NCBI GenBank assembly: GCA_964531265.1
Contig: CAZHDW010000013.1
Coordinates: 1,060 to 65,059, forward strand
Length of the DNA: 64,000 bases
Source: an uncultured Ruminococcus sp.
GTDB lineage: Bacteria > Bacillota > Clostridia > Oscillospirales > Acutalibacteraceae
Direction of reading: 5' to 3'
The notes under the pieces are model-generated. The model searched no databases, had not been told where the DNA came from, and worked only from the letters and a program-made list of their open reading frames with translations. Every line of letters begins with the position of its first letter. Within the stretch, counting starts at the first letter, position 1. The translations under genes were made by a program, and so were the position numbers. Of this stretch, positions 41,072 to 52,159 are shown piece after piece.

Positions 41072-42457
41072 TCACTTTGCCGCGTCCTCGACAAGTCGAT
41101 TCTTAGTAAGTGAAGTTCTGTGATAATAAATAAATGTCAGTGTACTGCACAGCAGCCAGCCGGCCGGATAGCTCATTGCTATCGGGATGATGGTGTTGGA
41201 GATGAAGTTTGAGACCACGAAGAGATAAATCTGACGGAACACAACAAAGGATGTGAGCATGATTATCATCGGAGCGCGGCTGTTACCTGCACCTCTCAGT
41301 GCACCGGAATACACCTGATTGACACAGCACAGCACGTAGAACGGAGATATCCATCTGAGCAGCATGGTGCCGTATTCAACGACCTCTGCCTTGCTGTTAA
41401 AGAAGCCAACTGCGTTCGGTGCAAAAATGAGCACGGGGATCATGACAATGACTGTTGAAATAGCGGCCATAATCAGTGAAGTGCTTACGCCCTTCTTTGC
41501 TCTTTCGACCTTATTGAAGCCGAGGTTCTGTCCGACAAAGGTAGTGGATGCAAGAGCTATGGACTGCATCGGCAGGAACAGGAGCTGGTCTATCTTGGAA
41601 TACGCCGTCCAGCCGGACATGCAATCCGCACCGAAGTAGTTTATGTAGGACTGAACAAAGATATTGGAGAAGGCGGTGATCGCCATCTGTATGGCGGCCG
41701 GAATGCCCACACTGATGATCTTTTTAAGCATCGCCATATCAAGGCAGAGTGCCCTAACGCTGACCTTGATGCAGGAATCCGTCTTCATCAGGGTGATGAG
41801 AACGAGAACAGCGGACACGGCCTGGGCTATAACGGTTGCATATGCAACGCCCTCAACGCCCATTCCGAGCTTAAGCACAAACACAAGGTCAAGCACAGTG
41901 TTGAGCACTGCGGAAACCACAAGAAAATAGAACGGTCTCTGAGAATCGCCCACGGCACGAAGAATGCCTGAGCCGATATTATATATCATAAGTCCTATAA
42001 CGCCTGCAAAATATATACGCAGATACGCTGCGGACTCCGGGAAAACATTCTCGGGGGTCTTCATAAATCTCAGTGCAAACGGCGTCATAGCGATACCTAT
42101 GATCGTGAACAGTACACCGAGGATCAATGTCATTGTAATAGCGGTATGCACGGTCTTTTTGACCTCATCATAGCGTTTAGCGCCGTAATACTGCGAAATA
42201 ACAACACCGGCGCCGCTTGAAAGACCGAGGAAAAAACCGATCAGCATATTGATTATCGGGCCGACCGAGCCAACTGCGGAAAACGCTTCATTGCTGACGT
42301 AGTTTCCGACGACCCATGTATCGACCATATTGTAGAGCTGCTGAAAAACATTTCCGACCAAAAGCGGAATTGCAAAGGTTATCAAATGACCGATTATGCT
42401 TCCCTCGGTCATATCAACGTCACGTTTTTTTCGTCCAAACAGAGCTTTAGCATTCAT
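41072..42457 (-). CDS. MATE family efflux transporter
   Basis: GNVFQQLYNMVDTWVVG, GILRAVGDS, two MatE halves. Confidence 0.94.
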   Translation of the reverse strand: MNAKALFGRKKRDVDMTEGSIIGHLITFAIPLLVGNVFQQLYNMVDTWVVGNYVSNEAFSAVGSVGPIINMLIGFFLGLSSGAGVVISQYYGAKRYDEVKKTVHTAITMTLILGVLFTIIGIAMTPFALRFMKTPENVFPESAAYLRIYFAGVIGLMIYNIGSGILRAVGDSQRPFYFLVVSAVLNTVLDLVFVLKLGMGVEGVAYATVIAQAVSAVLVLITLMKTDSCIKVSVRALCLDMAMLKKIISVGIPAAIQMAITAFSNIFVQSYINYFGADCMSGWTAYSKIDQLLFLPMQSIALASTTFVGQNLGFNKVERAKKGVSTSLIMAAISTVIVMIPVLIFAPNAVGFFNSKAEVVEYGTMLLRWISPFYVLCCVNQVYSGALRGAGNSRAPMIIMLTSFVVFRQIYLFVVSNFISNTIIPIAMSYPAGWLLCSTLTFIYYHRTSLTKNRLVEDAAK

Positions 42458-42553
42458 TAAATATCATTCCTCCACTTATGCCGTTACATATTAACGGCAA
42501 GAAAGCAGGGGAAACCAAGGCGTCTCCCCTGCACCGTTTCATTCGTACTTTGA

Positions 42554-43237
42554 TTATTCGCTATACTTCTTGTAGCCCGGATGCTTGCCGGAAATGTGGT
42601 AATAGTTCTCGCGCAGATCCATGAGCTTATCAATCTGCTGCATCGGTATTTCCTTTGCACCGCCGAGCAGATGTGCTGTCAGGCTGATCTTTGCGAAAAG
42701 CTCCAGAGTCTCCATCCTGTAATAGGCAGTCACTGCATCTGCACCGACTGCCAGAGCACCGTGATTCTGCAAAAGCACGACATCATGCTCTCCGAGATAC
42801 GGAGCGATTGCATCCGGCACCTCATAGGTGGACGGTGTTCCGTAGGGAGTTACCGGTACGGAGCCGAGTGTGAGCACTGTCTCTATCATGGAATACTCAT
42901 CGAGCGGCTTGTTTGCCACGGCATAACCGGTAGCTGTGGGCGGATGTGCATGTACCACGGCGCCGACATCCGGACGCTCCTGATAGCAGCGAAGATGCAT
43001 CTTTATTTCGGAGGACGGCTTATAGCCCGGAGCGCCCTCAAGCACCTCTCCCTTATCATTGATGATGACAAGCTTATCCGGTGTTATAAAGCTCTTGCTT
43101 ATGCCGGTGGGCGTTGCGAGAAAGGTTCCGTCCTCAAGGCGTACGCTGACATTTCCGTCATTTGCTGCAACCCAGCCGAGCTGCCACATCTTATGGCATA
43201 TGTCGCACACTTGTTCTTTTATCTGTTCGATATCCAT
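42554..43237 (-). CDS. Class II aldolase, probable L-fuculose-1-phosphate aldolase
   Basis: ANDGNVS, SSEIKMH, VVHAHP, LQNHGA; follows fucI. Confidence 0.85.
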   Translation of the reverse strand: MDIEQIKEQVCDICHKMWQLGWVAANDGNVSVRLEDGTFLATPTGISKSFITPDKLVIINDKGEVLEGAPGYKPSSEIKMHLRCYQERPDVGAVVHAHPPTATGYAVANKPLDEYSMIETVLTLGSVPVTPYGTPSTYEVPDAIAPYLGEHDVVLLQNHGALAVGADAVTAYYRMETLELFAKISLTAHLLGGAKEIPMQQIDKLMDLRENYYHISGKHPGYKKYSE

Positions 43238-43252
43238 TGAAAAAACTCCTTA

Positions 43253-45052
43253 TTATTTATAGAGCGGGCCGTATGCGGAGCAGGCACGGTAGTCCTGACC
43301 CTCCTTATCCATGCCGAAGGCATTCCATGCAGCCGGACGGAAGATCTTATTCTCGGGAACATTGTGCATGCAAACAGGAATGCGCAGCATGGAGCACATC
43401 GTGATGAGGTCAGCACCGATGTGACCATAGCTGATCGCACCGTGGTTTGCACCCCAGTTATTCATAACATCGTAAGCAGTCTTGAACGGGCTGCCCTCCT
43501 TGCCGTCGCAGCGCGGAGCAAACCATGTGCACGGCCATGTATAATCGGTACGCTTCCACAGTGTATCCGTAACCTCATCCGGAAGCTCAACCGTCCAGCC
43601 CTCAGCGATCTGAAGCACCGGGCCGAGTCCCTTAACAAGGTTAAGGCGGATCATGGTAGCTGGCATTTCAGCCTTTGTGACAAATCTGGAGGAATAACCG
43701 CCGCCGCGGAAATATCCTAGGTCAGCATAGTTCCATGTGGTGTTCTCCATGATAGCCTTCTGATCGGCCTCTGTTACCTCCCACCACTGCTTCATAACGG
43801 AATTGCCGTTTTCATCCTTAGCAGCACCGTTTGCATCAAGGCAGCAGGCACCGGAGTTGATGAGGTGAATCATGCCGCCGTTTTCGAGCACCTTACCGGT
43901 TGCATCATAGCCGGATGCGGACTTGATAGCCTCCGGTGACCAGTAAGTTCTGACATCGGCAAACATCTGCGGACGATTTGTCAGAAGCTTCATGAACAGC
44001 ATACCGAGGCCGTTCAGAACGTCATTCTCTGTTGCGAGTATGTACGGCTCACGTGCGCCGTTCCAGTCAAAGGAGGTATTGAGCATGGCCTCGGAGAAGT
44101 CGCCGTTCGGGTAGAAATCAGTCCACTGGCGCTGTCCCTGGAAGCCTGCGGCAATGGCATTATGGCCTACCATTTCCTCCTCACAGCCCTCAGGCAGGTT
44201 CTTATTGCCGTTCATAAGGTCCTTGATGATGCACATCATCTTAACGGCGAATTCGAGATCCTTTTCCTTGTGCTCAGCATCACGCTGAAGCTCCTCGGGG
44301 TTCTTGTCGAAGCCGATCTTTGCATTTTCCTTTGTCCACTTTAGGGCCTTCTGATACTCATTCTCATCATAGATGCCCTCTGTCATTCTGCGGATGATCT
44401 CTACCTCGTCAACGGATTCAACGCGCATTCCGAGATATTCCTCAATAAACGCAGGGTCGATTATGGAGCCGCCGATACCCATGCAGATGGAGCCGATCTG
44501 CAAATAGGATTTGCCTCGCATTGTAGCCACGGCAACCGCTGCTCTGCCGAAGCGGAGAAGCTTCTCTTCAACGTCAGCCGGAATGCCGACTGCATCGGCA
44601 TCCTGAACATCATGGCCGTAGATTCCGAATGCCGGAAGTCCCTTCTGAGCATGAGTAGCCAGAACGGAAGCAAGATAAACCGCACCCGGACGCTCTGTGC
44701 CATTGAAGCCCCAAACACCCTTAATGGTCATCGGGTCCATATCCATTGTCTCAGCGCCATAGCACCAGCACGGAGTAACCGTGAGTGTTATATCGACGCC
44801 CTCTTTTTTGAATTTAGCGGCACAGGCTGCTGTTTCCGCAACACGGCCGATAGTTGTATCGGCGATAACGACCTTTACGGGCTCGCCGTTTGAATAGCGC
44901 AGATTCTCCTCAAAGAGCTTTGCTGCTGCCTTTGCCATGTTCATGGTCTGCTCTTCGAGCGATTCGCGCACCTTGAGCGGACCTCTTCTGCCATCAATAG
45001 TAGGACGAATACCTATTACGGGATAATCGCCGATAAGTCTGTTCTCTGCCAT
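43253..45052 (-). CDS. fucI: L-fucose isomerase
   Basis: [42 protein letters not shown]. Confidence 0.96.
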   Translation of the reverse strand: MAENRLIGDYPVIGIRPTIDGRRGPLKVRESLEEQTMNMAKAAAKLFEENLRYSNGEPVKVVIADTTIGRVAETAACAAKFKKEGVDITLTVTPCWCYGAETMDMDPMTIKGVWGFNGTERPGAVYLASVLATHAQKGLPAFGIYGHDVQDADAVGIPADVEEKLLRFGRAAVAVATMRGKSYLQIGSICMGIGGSIIDPAFIEEYLGMRVESVDEVEIIRRMTEGIYDENEYQKALKWTKENAKIGFDKNPEELQRDAEHKEKDLEFAVKMMCIIKDLMNGNKNLPEGCEEEMVGHNAIAAGFQGQRQWTDFYPNGDFSEAMLNTSFDWNGAREPYILATENDVLNGLGMLFMKLLTNRPQMFADVRTYWSPEAIKSASGYDATGKVLENGGMIHLINSGACCLDANGAAKDENGNSVMKQWWEVTEADQKAIMENTTWNYADLGYFRGGGYSSRFVTKAEMPATMIRLNLVKGLGPVLQIAEGWTVELPDEVTDTLWKRTDYTWPCTWFAPRCDGKEGSPFKTAYDVMNNWGANHGAISYGHIGADLITMCSMLRIPVCMHNVPENKIFRPAAWNAFGMDKEGQDYRACSAYGPLYK

Positions 45053-45283
45053 GATATTGCCTCCCAGAATATCTTTTCAGTAAGGGCGAAAGCTAAAAGC
45101 ACAGGCCGCCCTATTTTTTCTATTATAGCGCATTGTGCATAAAAAGTGCAATACCCAAACACATTCTTTTCCATATTTTGAACGCATATAGGCTTTGAAA
45201 TGAATTTATCCAGACAAATTACTTGTATCTTTGTTTTTGCTGTGTTATTATTGATTTATTATGTAAAAAAGAGGTGTCTTCAT

Positions 45284-45784
45284 ATGCGGACCGATGTCCA
45301 CCGAAGAGATAAAATCAATTACTATCTTGATCTTGCTGAAACGGTATCTCAGCGCTGCACATGCCTTCGACGTCACTACGGTGCTGTTATCGTAAAAAAT
45401 GATGAGGTTATTTCCACCGGATATGTCGGTGCGCCAAGAGGCAGACAGAACTGCACCGATATCGGGCAGTGTGTCCGTGTGAAGCTGGACATTCCGCGTG
45501 GAGAGCGCTATGAGCTGTGCCGCAGTGTGCACGCCGAGGCCAACGCCATAATAAGCGCTCCGCGTGACAAGATGATAGACTCCACCCTCTACCTTGTCGG
45601 TGTGGAAATGGACTCCGGAGATTATGTCAAGAACGCTATTTGCTGCTCCATGTGCAAGCGTCTTGTCATCAACGCCGGCATCAAGTGGGTCATCGTGCGC
45701 GACGACCACGATAATTACCGTAAAATAGCTGTTCAGGATTGGATCGACAACGACGAATCCATCGAAGGTGTATTCGGCTATTGA
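45284..45784 (+). CDS. dCMP deaminase family protein
   Basis: CRSVHAEANA and CCSMC zinc motifs; GAGGTG RBS. Confidence 0.88.
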   Translation: MRTDVHRRDKINYYLDLAETVSQRCTCLRRHYGAVIVKNDEVISTGYVGAPRGRQNCTDIGQCVRVKLDIPRGERYELCRSVHAEANAIISAPRDKMIDSTLYLVGVEMDSGDYVKNAICCSMCKRLVINAGIKWVIVRDDHDNYRKIAVQDWIDNDESIEGVFGY

Positions 45785-45833
45785 GCCGAAACGCAGACCG
45801 TGTTCTGCTCGGCTCGGAAAGAATACGGTGAAC

Positions 45834-47327
45834 ATGTCTATAATACAGGTATCGAATCTGACCTTCGGCTACGAGGGCAGCTTCGACAATGTCTTTGAAA
45901 ACGTCTCCTTTGCCATCGATACCGACTGGAAGTGCGGCTTTATCGGAAGAAATGGCAGGGGTAAAACAACCTTTTTGAATCTTCTTCTCGGCAAATACGA
46001 GTACAGCGGAGCCATAAATTATTCCGTTGATTTCGAGTATTTTCCGTTTGAGGTGAAAGATCAAAGCATGACGGCATTCGATATTGCAGATACGATAATG
46101 CCGAATTTCGAGCAATGGAAGCTTGCAAGAGAGCTTAATCTGCTCGATATCGATCCCTACGATATAATGTACCGCCCGTTTTCAACGCTCAGCTTCGGAG
46201 AACGGACAAAGGTGCTGCTCGCCATACTTTTTATTAAGGAAAACAGCTTTCTCCTGATAGATGAGCCCACAAATCATCTTGATATCGAGGCCAGAGAAAC
46301 TCTCGCGCGATATCTCAAAACAAAGCGCGGCTTCATCCTCGTCAGTCACGACAGAGCCTTCCTTGATGATGTAATAGACCACACACTCTCGATAAACCGT
46401 GCAAATATAACGGTTCAAAAGGGTAATTTCTCGTCCTGGCAGCGTGAAAAGGATCGCGAGGATCAATTTGAGCTGAGGCAGAACGAAAAGCTCAGAAAGG
46501 ATATCAAGCGCCTTGAGGCGGCCTCAAAGCGAGCAGAGGCGTGGGCGGATAAGGCCGAGAGCAAGAAGATCGGCTTTGACCCGAACAGAACCGAGAAAAG
46601 CATCGGCAGGCGCTCCTTTGAAGCTGAAAAGAGCCGAAAAACAATGAAACGCGCCAAGAGCATGCAATCGCGAATCGGTGATGCCATTAACGAAAAGAGC
46701 TCTCTTCTAAAAAACGTTGAGGAGGGCGACAACAAGCTTAAAATCACCACATTGCGCCATCCTAATGAGCTTCTTCTTGAGGGTAGGAATATAGCTGTCG
46801 ACTACGGAAGCGGGCCGGTGCTCTCCGTTGAGCGCTTTGAGCTTCGCCGCGGCGAGCGTGTAGCGCTTCAGGGAAAGAACGGCTGTGGAAAGTCCACGCT
46901 GCTCAAGCTGATATGCGGTGATGATATCCCCTACACCGGCACACTTGACAGGGGCTCCGGGCTTACAGTGTCCTATATCCCCCAGAGCTCCGCAGGAATA
47001 TCCGGTATGCTGAGCGATTTTGCCGTCGAAAACGGAATTGACGAGAGCCTTTTTAAGGCCATACTGCGCAAGCTTGAATTCACGCGCACACAATTTGAAA
47101 AGCGCATCGAGGATTTTTCGGAAGGACAGAAGAAGAAGACTCTTATAGCAAAAAGCCTTTGCGAAAAGGCTCATCTGCTCATCTGGGACGAACCTCTGAA
47201 CTTTATCGATGTCATTTCCCGTATGCAGCTTGAGGAGCTGCTAATCGACAGCGCACCAACGATAATTTTTGTTGAGCACGACCGCAAATTTGTGGAAAAC
47301 ACAGCAACAAGGATAATCACTCTATAA
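45834..47327 (+). CDS. ABC-F ribosomal protection protein, Lsa-like
   Basis: MSIIQVSNLTFGYEGSFDNVFENVSFAIDTDWK N-terminus typical of Lsa; two NBDs, no TM helices. Confidence 0.85.
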   Translation: MSIIQVSNLTFGYEGSFDNVFENVSFAIDTDWKCGFIGRNGRGKTTFLNLLLGKYEYSGAINYSVDFEYFPFEVKDQSMTAFDIADTIMPNFEQWKLARELNLLDIDPYDIMYRPFSTLSFGERTKVLLAILFIKENSFLLIDEPTNHLDIEARETLARYLKTKRGFILVSHDRAFLDDVIDHTLSINRANITVQKGNFSSWQREKDREDQFELRQNEKLRKDIKRLEAASKRAEAWADKAESKKIGFDPNRTEKSIGRRSFEAEKSRKTMKRAKSMQSRIGDAINEKSSLLKNVEEGDNKLKITTLRHPNELLLEGRNIAVDYGSGPVLSVERFELRRGERVALQGKNGCGKSTLLKLICGDDIPYTGTLDRGSGLTVSYIPQSSAGISGMLSDFAVENGIDESLFKAILRKLEFTRTQFEKRIEDFSEGQKKKTLIAKSLCEKAHLLIWDEPLNFIDVISRMQLEELLIDSAPTIIFVEHDRKFVENTATRIITL

Positions 47328-47400
47328 CCGCAAAAAGCAAAAGTGCCGTTTCTTCCCTTTGAAATGGCACTTATTTTTGTATAACGCAAGGAGAAAATAA

Positions 47401-48612
47401 ATGAAATCATCGCGCATAGAAATACTCGACGGTATTCGTGCATACTCAATGCTGCTCATAATGGGCTTTCATATCTGGCAGCAATCATGGCTGCAAAATC
47501 TGATACCGAGTGATATCCTCGCACCAATCGGTATACATAATTTCAGCCTGGCCTTTATCTGCCGCACCGGATATGTCTTTGTCGATGTGCTTCTTCTCCT
47601 GTCGGCCATGTGCCTGACCCTCCCCTATGTAGGCCAAAGCTCTGCCTTTAGAGTATTTGACACCGCCGCCTTTTATAAAAAGCGGCTCATACGCATTCTG
47701 CCGCCGTACCTGCTGTGCATAGCTATCTACGCTGTATTTATAGTTCGTCCGAACGATTACACATCCGCCCGTCCGTATTTTGAAGACCTGCTCAGTCATT
47801 TGACATTTACTCATACCTTTTCGGAAGCTGTCTGCTTCGGCACCAAATATCCCACCTCGCTATGGACGTTGTGTATTGAGATGCAGTTTTATCTCATCTT
47901 CCCCATGCTGCTGCATTTTTTCAGACGCTTTCCAGTACGCACATGGCTTATGCTACAGATGATATCCGAGTTGTTTTTCGCTCTCTTTGTGCGTACTGAG
48001 GACGGTGGAGCCGACAATATGCTGATAAATCAGCTTCCGGCATTTCTTGGAGTATTTGCAAACGGAATGCTCTGCGCGCGGTTATATCACTCTATTACGG
48101 AAACCGTAAACAGGGATAATCGCCGTGCAATATCGCTGCTCGGGACGCTTATAAGTGTTTTTTCGATCATCACAGTGGTATGTATGCTGAGGGACGGGCT
48201 TAACCGTGCGGAAAGTGTTCAGCGCTGGCAGATAGATTACAGATTTATTTTCTCCGTTATTATCTGTGTGCTGATACTATCCTTGAGTCAGGCCGGTGGA
48301 GCTTTACGGATATTATTCTCTGCAAAGCCGCTTCGCTTTACAGCCGCCATATCGTATAATCTCTACATCTGGCATGTTCCGGTAATGCTCGAGCTGAAAA
48401 AGCTGCATATACCGCCGTATCCTACTCCGGAAGCCGCCGTCACCGCCTGGCCGCAGTCAGCAGCGGGTGAGCCGTGGCACCGTGAATGGCAAATCAAATA
48501 CACACTGCTATTCTGGCTGATATCCTTTATTATCGCCGCTGTATTAACATGGGTATTCGATATCATAACAGAGAAATGCGTCAACCAAATAAAACAAAAA
48601 GAACAGACGTGA
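47401..48612 (+). CDS. Acyltransferase 3 (OafA-like) membrane protein
   Basis: LDGIRA, FYKKRLIRILPPY, LWTLCIEMQFYL, SYNLYIWH. Confidence 0.9.
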   Translation: MKSSRIEILDGIRAYSMLLIMGFHIWQQSWLQNLIPSDILAPIGIHNFSLAFICRTGYVFVDVLLLLSAMCLTLPYVGQSSAFRVFDTAAFYKKRLIRILPPYLLCIAIYAVFIVRPNDYTSARPYFEDLLSHLTFTHTFSEAVCFGTKYPTSLWTLCIEMQFYLIFPMLLHFFRRFPVRTWLMLQMISELFFALFVRTEDGGADNMLINQLPAFLGVFANGMLCARLYHSITETVNRDNRRAISLLGTLISVFSIITVVCMLRDGLNRAESVQRWQIDYRFIFSVIICVLILSLSQAGGALRILFSAKPLRFTAAISYNLYIWHVPVMLELKKLHIPPYPTPEAAVTAWPQSAAGEPWHREWQIKYTLLFWLISFIIAAVLTWVFDIITEKCVNQIKQKEQT

Positions 48613-48664
48613 ATGCGGTAAATCCGTCATTCGTCTGTTCTTTTCATATTCTGTAAAAATGTGA

Positions 48665-49792
48665 TTATTCGATGTTCTCACCGAGTGTACCCTGGCTGAG
48701 AGCCTTAAGGTATGCCGTGATGAACTCATCGATCTCGCCGTCCATGACAGCGTTTATATTGCCCTTTTCACAGCCGGTACGATGATCCTTTGCAAGTGTG
48801 TACGGCATGAAGACATAGGAGCGGATCTGGCTGCCCCATGTGATTTCCTTCTGCTCACCCTTGATATCGGATATCTTCTCAAGATGCTCACGCTCCTTGA
48901 TCTCCACCAGCTTTGAAACGAGCATACGCATTGCAACGTCCCTGTTCTGGTACTGGCTGCGCTCCACCTGACAGGAAACAACTATGCCCGTCGGTATGTG
49001 GATAAGACGAACAGCGGATGAGGTCTTATTGACCTTCTGTCCACCGGCGCCGCTCGCACGGTAAACCTCCATCCTGATATCATCCGGGCTGATCTCAACA
49101 CTGACATCCTTGTCTATCTCAGGCATTACCTCGAGGGAAGCAAAGGAGGTCTGTCTGCGGCCCGCTGCATCAAAGGGAGACACACGAACCAGACGATGAA
49201 CACCGGACTCACTCTTAAGGAAGCCGTAAGCGTTCTCGCCCTCCACCAGAATGGATGCGCTCTTAAGGCCGGCCTCATCGCCGTCAAGATAATCCAGTGT
49301 GGATACCTTAAAGCCATGGCGCTCGCCCCAACGATTATACATACGGAACAGCATCTCCGCCCAGTCCTGAGCCTCTGTTCCGCCGGAACCTGCGTGGAAC
49401 GTCAAAATAGCGTTTTTGCTGTCATACTCGCCTGTCAGCAGGGTTGTCAGACGCATGGACTCGATCTCTTCGGCTATTGCATTGATCTCATCCTGTGCCT
49501 CCGGAACCAACGAGAGATCCTCTGCCTCATCGCCCATTTCGATCAGCGCCAGGGTATCCTCTGCACGGGAGCGGAGCTTAAGATAGGACTCATCCTTCTG
49601 CTTAAGGGAGGCTGTGCGCTGGAGCACCTTCTGGGCACTTTCCATATCATCCCAGAAGCCGGGCTCAGCAGCCTTGTTCTCAAGCATTTCCACCTCTTCA
49701 CGCAGTCTCTCGAGACCGAGAGCATCCTTAAGCTCATCGAGGGCTGCGTTCTGCTCATCAAGTTGTTTTTTCAGTTCTTCAAATTGCAGCAT
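48665..49792 (-). CDS. prfB: Peptide chain release factor 2
   Basis: SPF tripeptide (VRVSPFD), GAGGQKVN; continuous ORF. Confidence 0.96.
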   Translation of the reverse strand: MLQFEELKKQLDEQNAALDELKDALGLERLREEVEMLENKAAEPGFWDDMESAQKVLQRTASLKQKDESYLKLRSRAEDTLALIEMGDEAEDLSLVPEAQDEINAIAEEIESMRLTTLLTGEYDSKNAILTFHAGSGGTEAQDWAEMLFRMYNRWGERHGFKVSTLDYLDGDEAGLKSASILVEGENAYGFLKSESGVHRLVRVSPFDAAGRRQTSFASLEVMPEIDKDVSVEISPDDIRMEVYRASGAGGQKVNKTSSAVRLIHIPTGIVVSCQVERSQYQNRDVAMRMLVSKLVEIKEREHLEKISDIKGEQKEITWGSQIRSYVFMPYTLAKDHRTGCEKGNINAVMDGEIDEFITAYLKALSQGTLGENIE

Positions 49793-50080
49793 ATATCAAT
49801 TACCTTTCTGAAAAGTAAAATATCCGTTTTTATCCCATAAATTCCGTTCATATGCGAAATGTGCATATCTCTTGATATTATAGCGAAAAAAACGCATTTT
49901 GTAAATAGCGTGAGGAAACGTTTTTAAAGGCATTTTCCACCAAAAACAGCCTTTTTATGCCATCAATTGTGAACGGAGTGAAAATTTCTTCTCTTTTGAT
50001 TGCGGTTTTCATTATTATGTAGTAAAATGATATAAAATAAGAATTGGTCACGAAGATCATATTACTTGGAGGCAATCGTT

Positions 50081-51139
50081 TTGGATTATAAAGGCATAAA
50101 ATGCCCGGTGTGTGATAAGCCATTCACCGAGAGTGACGATATTGTAGTTTGCCCTAAATGCGGCGCACCCTATCACAGAGAGTGCTATGCAGAGCAGGGA
50201 GAGTGTATTTTTACGGAGCTACATGAGAGCGGCGCAGCATGGATACCGCCGAGAGCTCCCGGCGCACCGGATATATCGAGTGAGATCAAGGACAAGGAAT
50301 GTCCGAACTGCGGTGTACTCAATGCGCACAGTGCCATGTTCTGCAACATATGCGGAGCTTCCCTGACCGGTGAACCGCATCAGCACAAAAATTCAGCTTA
50401 TAATAACAATAATAATGCGCAGCAGAACGGCTTCAACGGCGCCTATCGCCCACATGTCAATGCATCCTTCTCGGGCTTTGGAGGTATGCCGTTCATCGTT
50501 GACCCAATGGGTGGTGTGAATCCCACCGAAAAGCTGGAGGACAACGTAAGCTACGGTGAGGTCAGCAAGGTGGTACAGCAGAATACGAGCTACTACATGT
50601 CCGTATTCCGTGTTATAAAGAAATTTCGTCGCACTAAGTTCAACTTCTCCGCCTTTCTCTTCTCTGGCGGCTGGCTTCTGTATCGTAAGCAGTATAAGAG
50701 CGGTATCATTACAACAGTTCTCATGTTCCTTTTGAACATCGCTCAGACGCTGCTTTCAAACTTCGGTACGCTTTCGGTAATGACAAGCGCATTGGACAAG
50801 GCCGGTGTTGTGAATGATGCAGACCTCAACTACGCTCAGATATCAAACATTACCTCGGAATACCTGTTGGATAATCCGGATAAGGCGCTGTTATTCTTCT
50901 CGCCGCTCATCTGCACGGCAATCATGTTCGCTATCATGCTCATTGTCGGCTTCTGCGGCAACAAATGGTATATGAAGCACTGTATAAAGACAGTAAAGAG
51001 CATCAAGGCGGAAAATGCACCCTCGCAGGAAATGCTCGACAGCGCTTACGCTGCACGGGGCGGCGTCAATGTGGCAGTAATATTCTGTCTCATGGCGTGT
51101 TATATGGTATTGCAATGGATACCAATGTTCTTCGCATAA
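50081..51139 (+). CDS. Membrane protein with RING-like and zinc-ribbon domains plus a DUF2628-like segment
   Basis: CPVC..CPKCGAPYHREC..C, CPNCG..CNICG, FNFSAFLFSGGWLLYRK; probable TTG start. Confidence 0.75.
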   Translation: MDYKGIKCPVCDKPFTESDDIVVCPKCGAPYHRECYAEQGECIFTELHESGAAWIPPRAPGAPDISSEIKDKECPNCGVLNAHSAMFCNICGASLTGEPHQHKNSAYNNNNNAQQNGFNGAYRPHVNASFSGFGGMPFIVDPMGGVNPTEKLEDNVSYGEVSKVVQQNTSYYMSVFRVIKKFRRTKFNFSAFLFSGGWLLYRKQYKSGIITTVLMFLLNIAQTLLSNFGTLSVMTSALDKAGVVNDADLNYAQISNITSEYLLDNPDKALLFFSPLICTAIMFAIMLIVGFCGNKWYMKHCIKTVKSIKAENAPSQEMLDSAYAARGGVNVAVIFCLMACYMVLQWIPMFFA

Positions 51140-51185
51140 CGAAGGGACTACCTTCCTATTATTAAATCAGGATTCGGTGTTATTT

Positions 51186-52058
51186 ATGAAAAAGATACGC
51201 AAAGCAGTCATTCCAGCCGCAGGACTCGGCACTCGGGTTCTTCCTGCATCAAAGGCTATGCCCAAGGAGATGCTGCCCATAGTTGACAAGCCGGCTATAC
51301 AATATGTTGTTGAGGAAGCTGTGAAGTCCGGTATCACGGATATACTCATCATCACAAATCGCGGCAAGGGACTCATTGAGGATCACTTTGACCGCGCTCC
51401 GGAGCTTGAGGAGCGCTTGCTCGCATCCGGCAAGACGGAGGCCTATGATGAGGTGGTATCCATAGCGCACATGGCAAACATCTGGTTTGTCAGACAAAAG
51501 GAGACCCGTGGCCTCGGACATGCCATCTCCTGTGCTCGTGCCTTCGTCGGCGATGAGCCCTTTGCGGTTCTTTACGGCGACGACGTCATCATCGGTGATG
51601 ACCCGGCATGCGGCCAGCTTATCCGCGCATATGAGGAGACCGGCAAGGGTATTGTAGGTGTAAACGCCGTCAATGAGGAGGATATCCACAAGTATTGCTC
51701 CCTCAAGGTCGAGCCACTCAAGGACAACTGGTTCACCTGCACCGACATGGTTGAAAAGCCGCGCAAGGAGCAGATATTATCGCTCTATTCCATACTCGGC
51801 CGATGCATACTGACTTCTGATATTTTCGATATTCTCGACAAAACCGAGCCCGGAGCAAACAACGAGATTCAGCTGACCGATGCAATGGCGGTGCTTGCAA
51901 GAAGCACGGGTATGGTAGCAGTGGACTTTACGGGCACGCGATATGACATGGGAAACAAGCTCGGCATTATGCAGGCACAGATTGAGGTTGCGCTCAAGCA
52001 CCCGGAGATCGGCAAGGAATTCAGGGCATATCTCAAGTCCATAGCCTCTTCCCTTTAA
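51186..52058 (+). CDS. galU: UTP--glucose-1-phosphate uridylyltransferase
   Basis: KAVIPAAGLGTRVLPASKAMPKEMLPIVDKP. Confidence 0.95.
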   Translation: MKKIRKAVIPAAGLGTRVLPASKAMPKEMLPIVDKPAIQYVVEEAVKSGITDILIITNRGKGLIEDHFDRAPELEERLLASGKTEAYDEVVSIAHMANIWFVRQKETRGLGHAISCARAFVGDEPFAVLYGDDVIIGDDPACGQLIRAYEETGKGIVGVNAVNEEDIHKYCSLKVEPLKDNWFTCTDMVEKPRKEQILSLYSILGRCILTSDIFDILDKTEPGANNEIQLTDAMAVLARSTGMVAVDFTGTRYDMGNKLGIMQAQIEVALKHPEIGKEFRAYLKSIASSL

Positions 52059-52159
52059 TAAAAACTCACAAAAAGCTGTCACAGTCAGAAAAATGTCTTG
52101 ACTTGACAGCTTTTTGTGTTATAATATATTCGTTGGTTTGTGCTTTTGCAGGTACGAAC

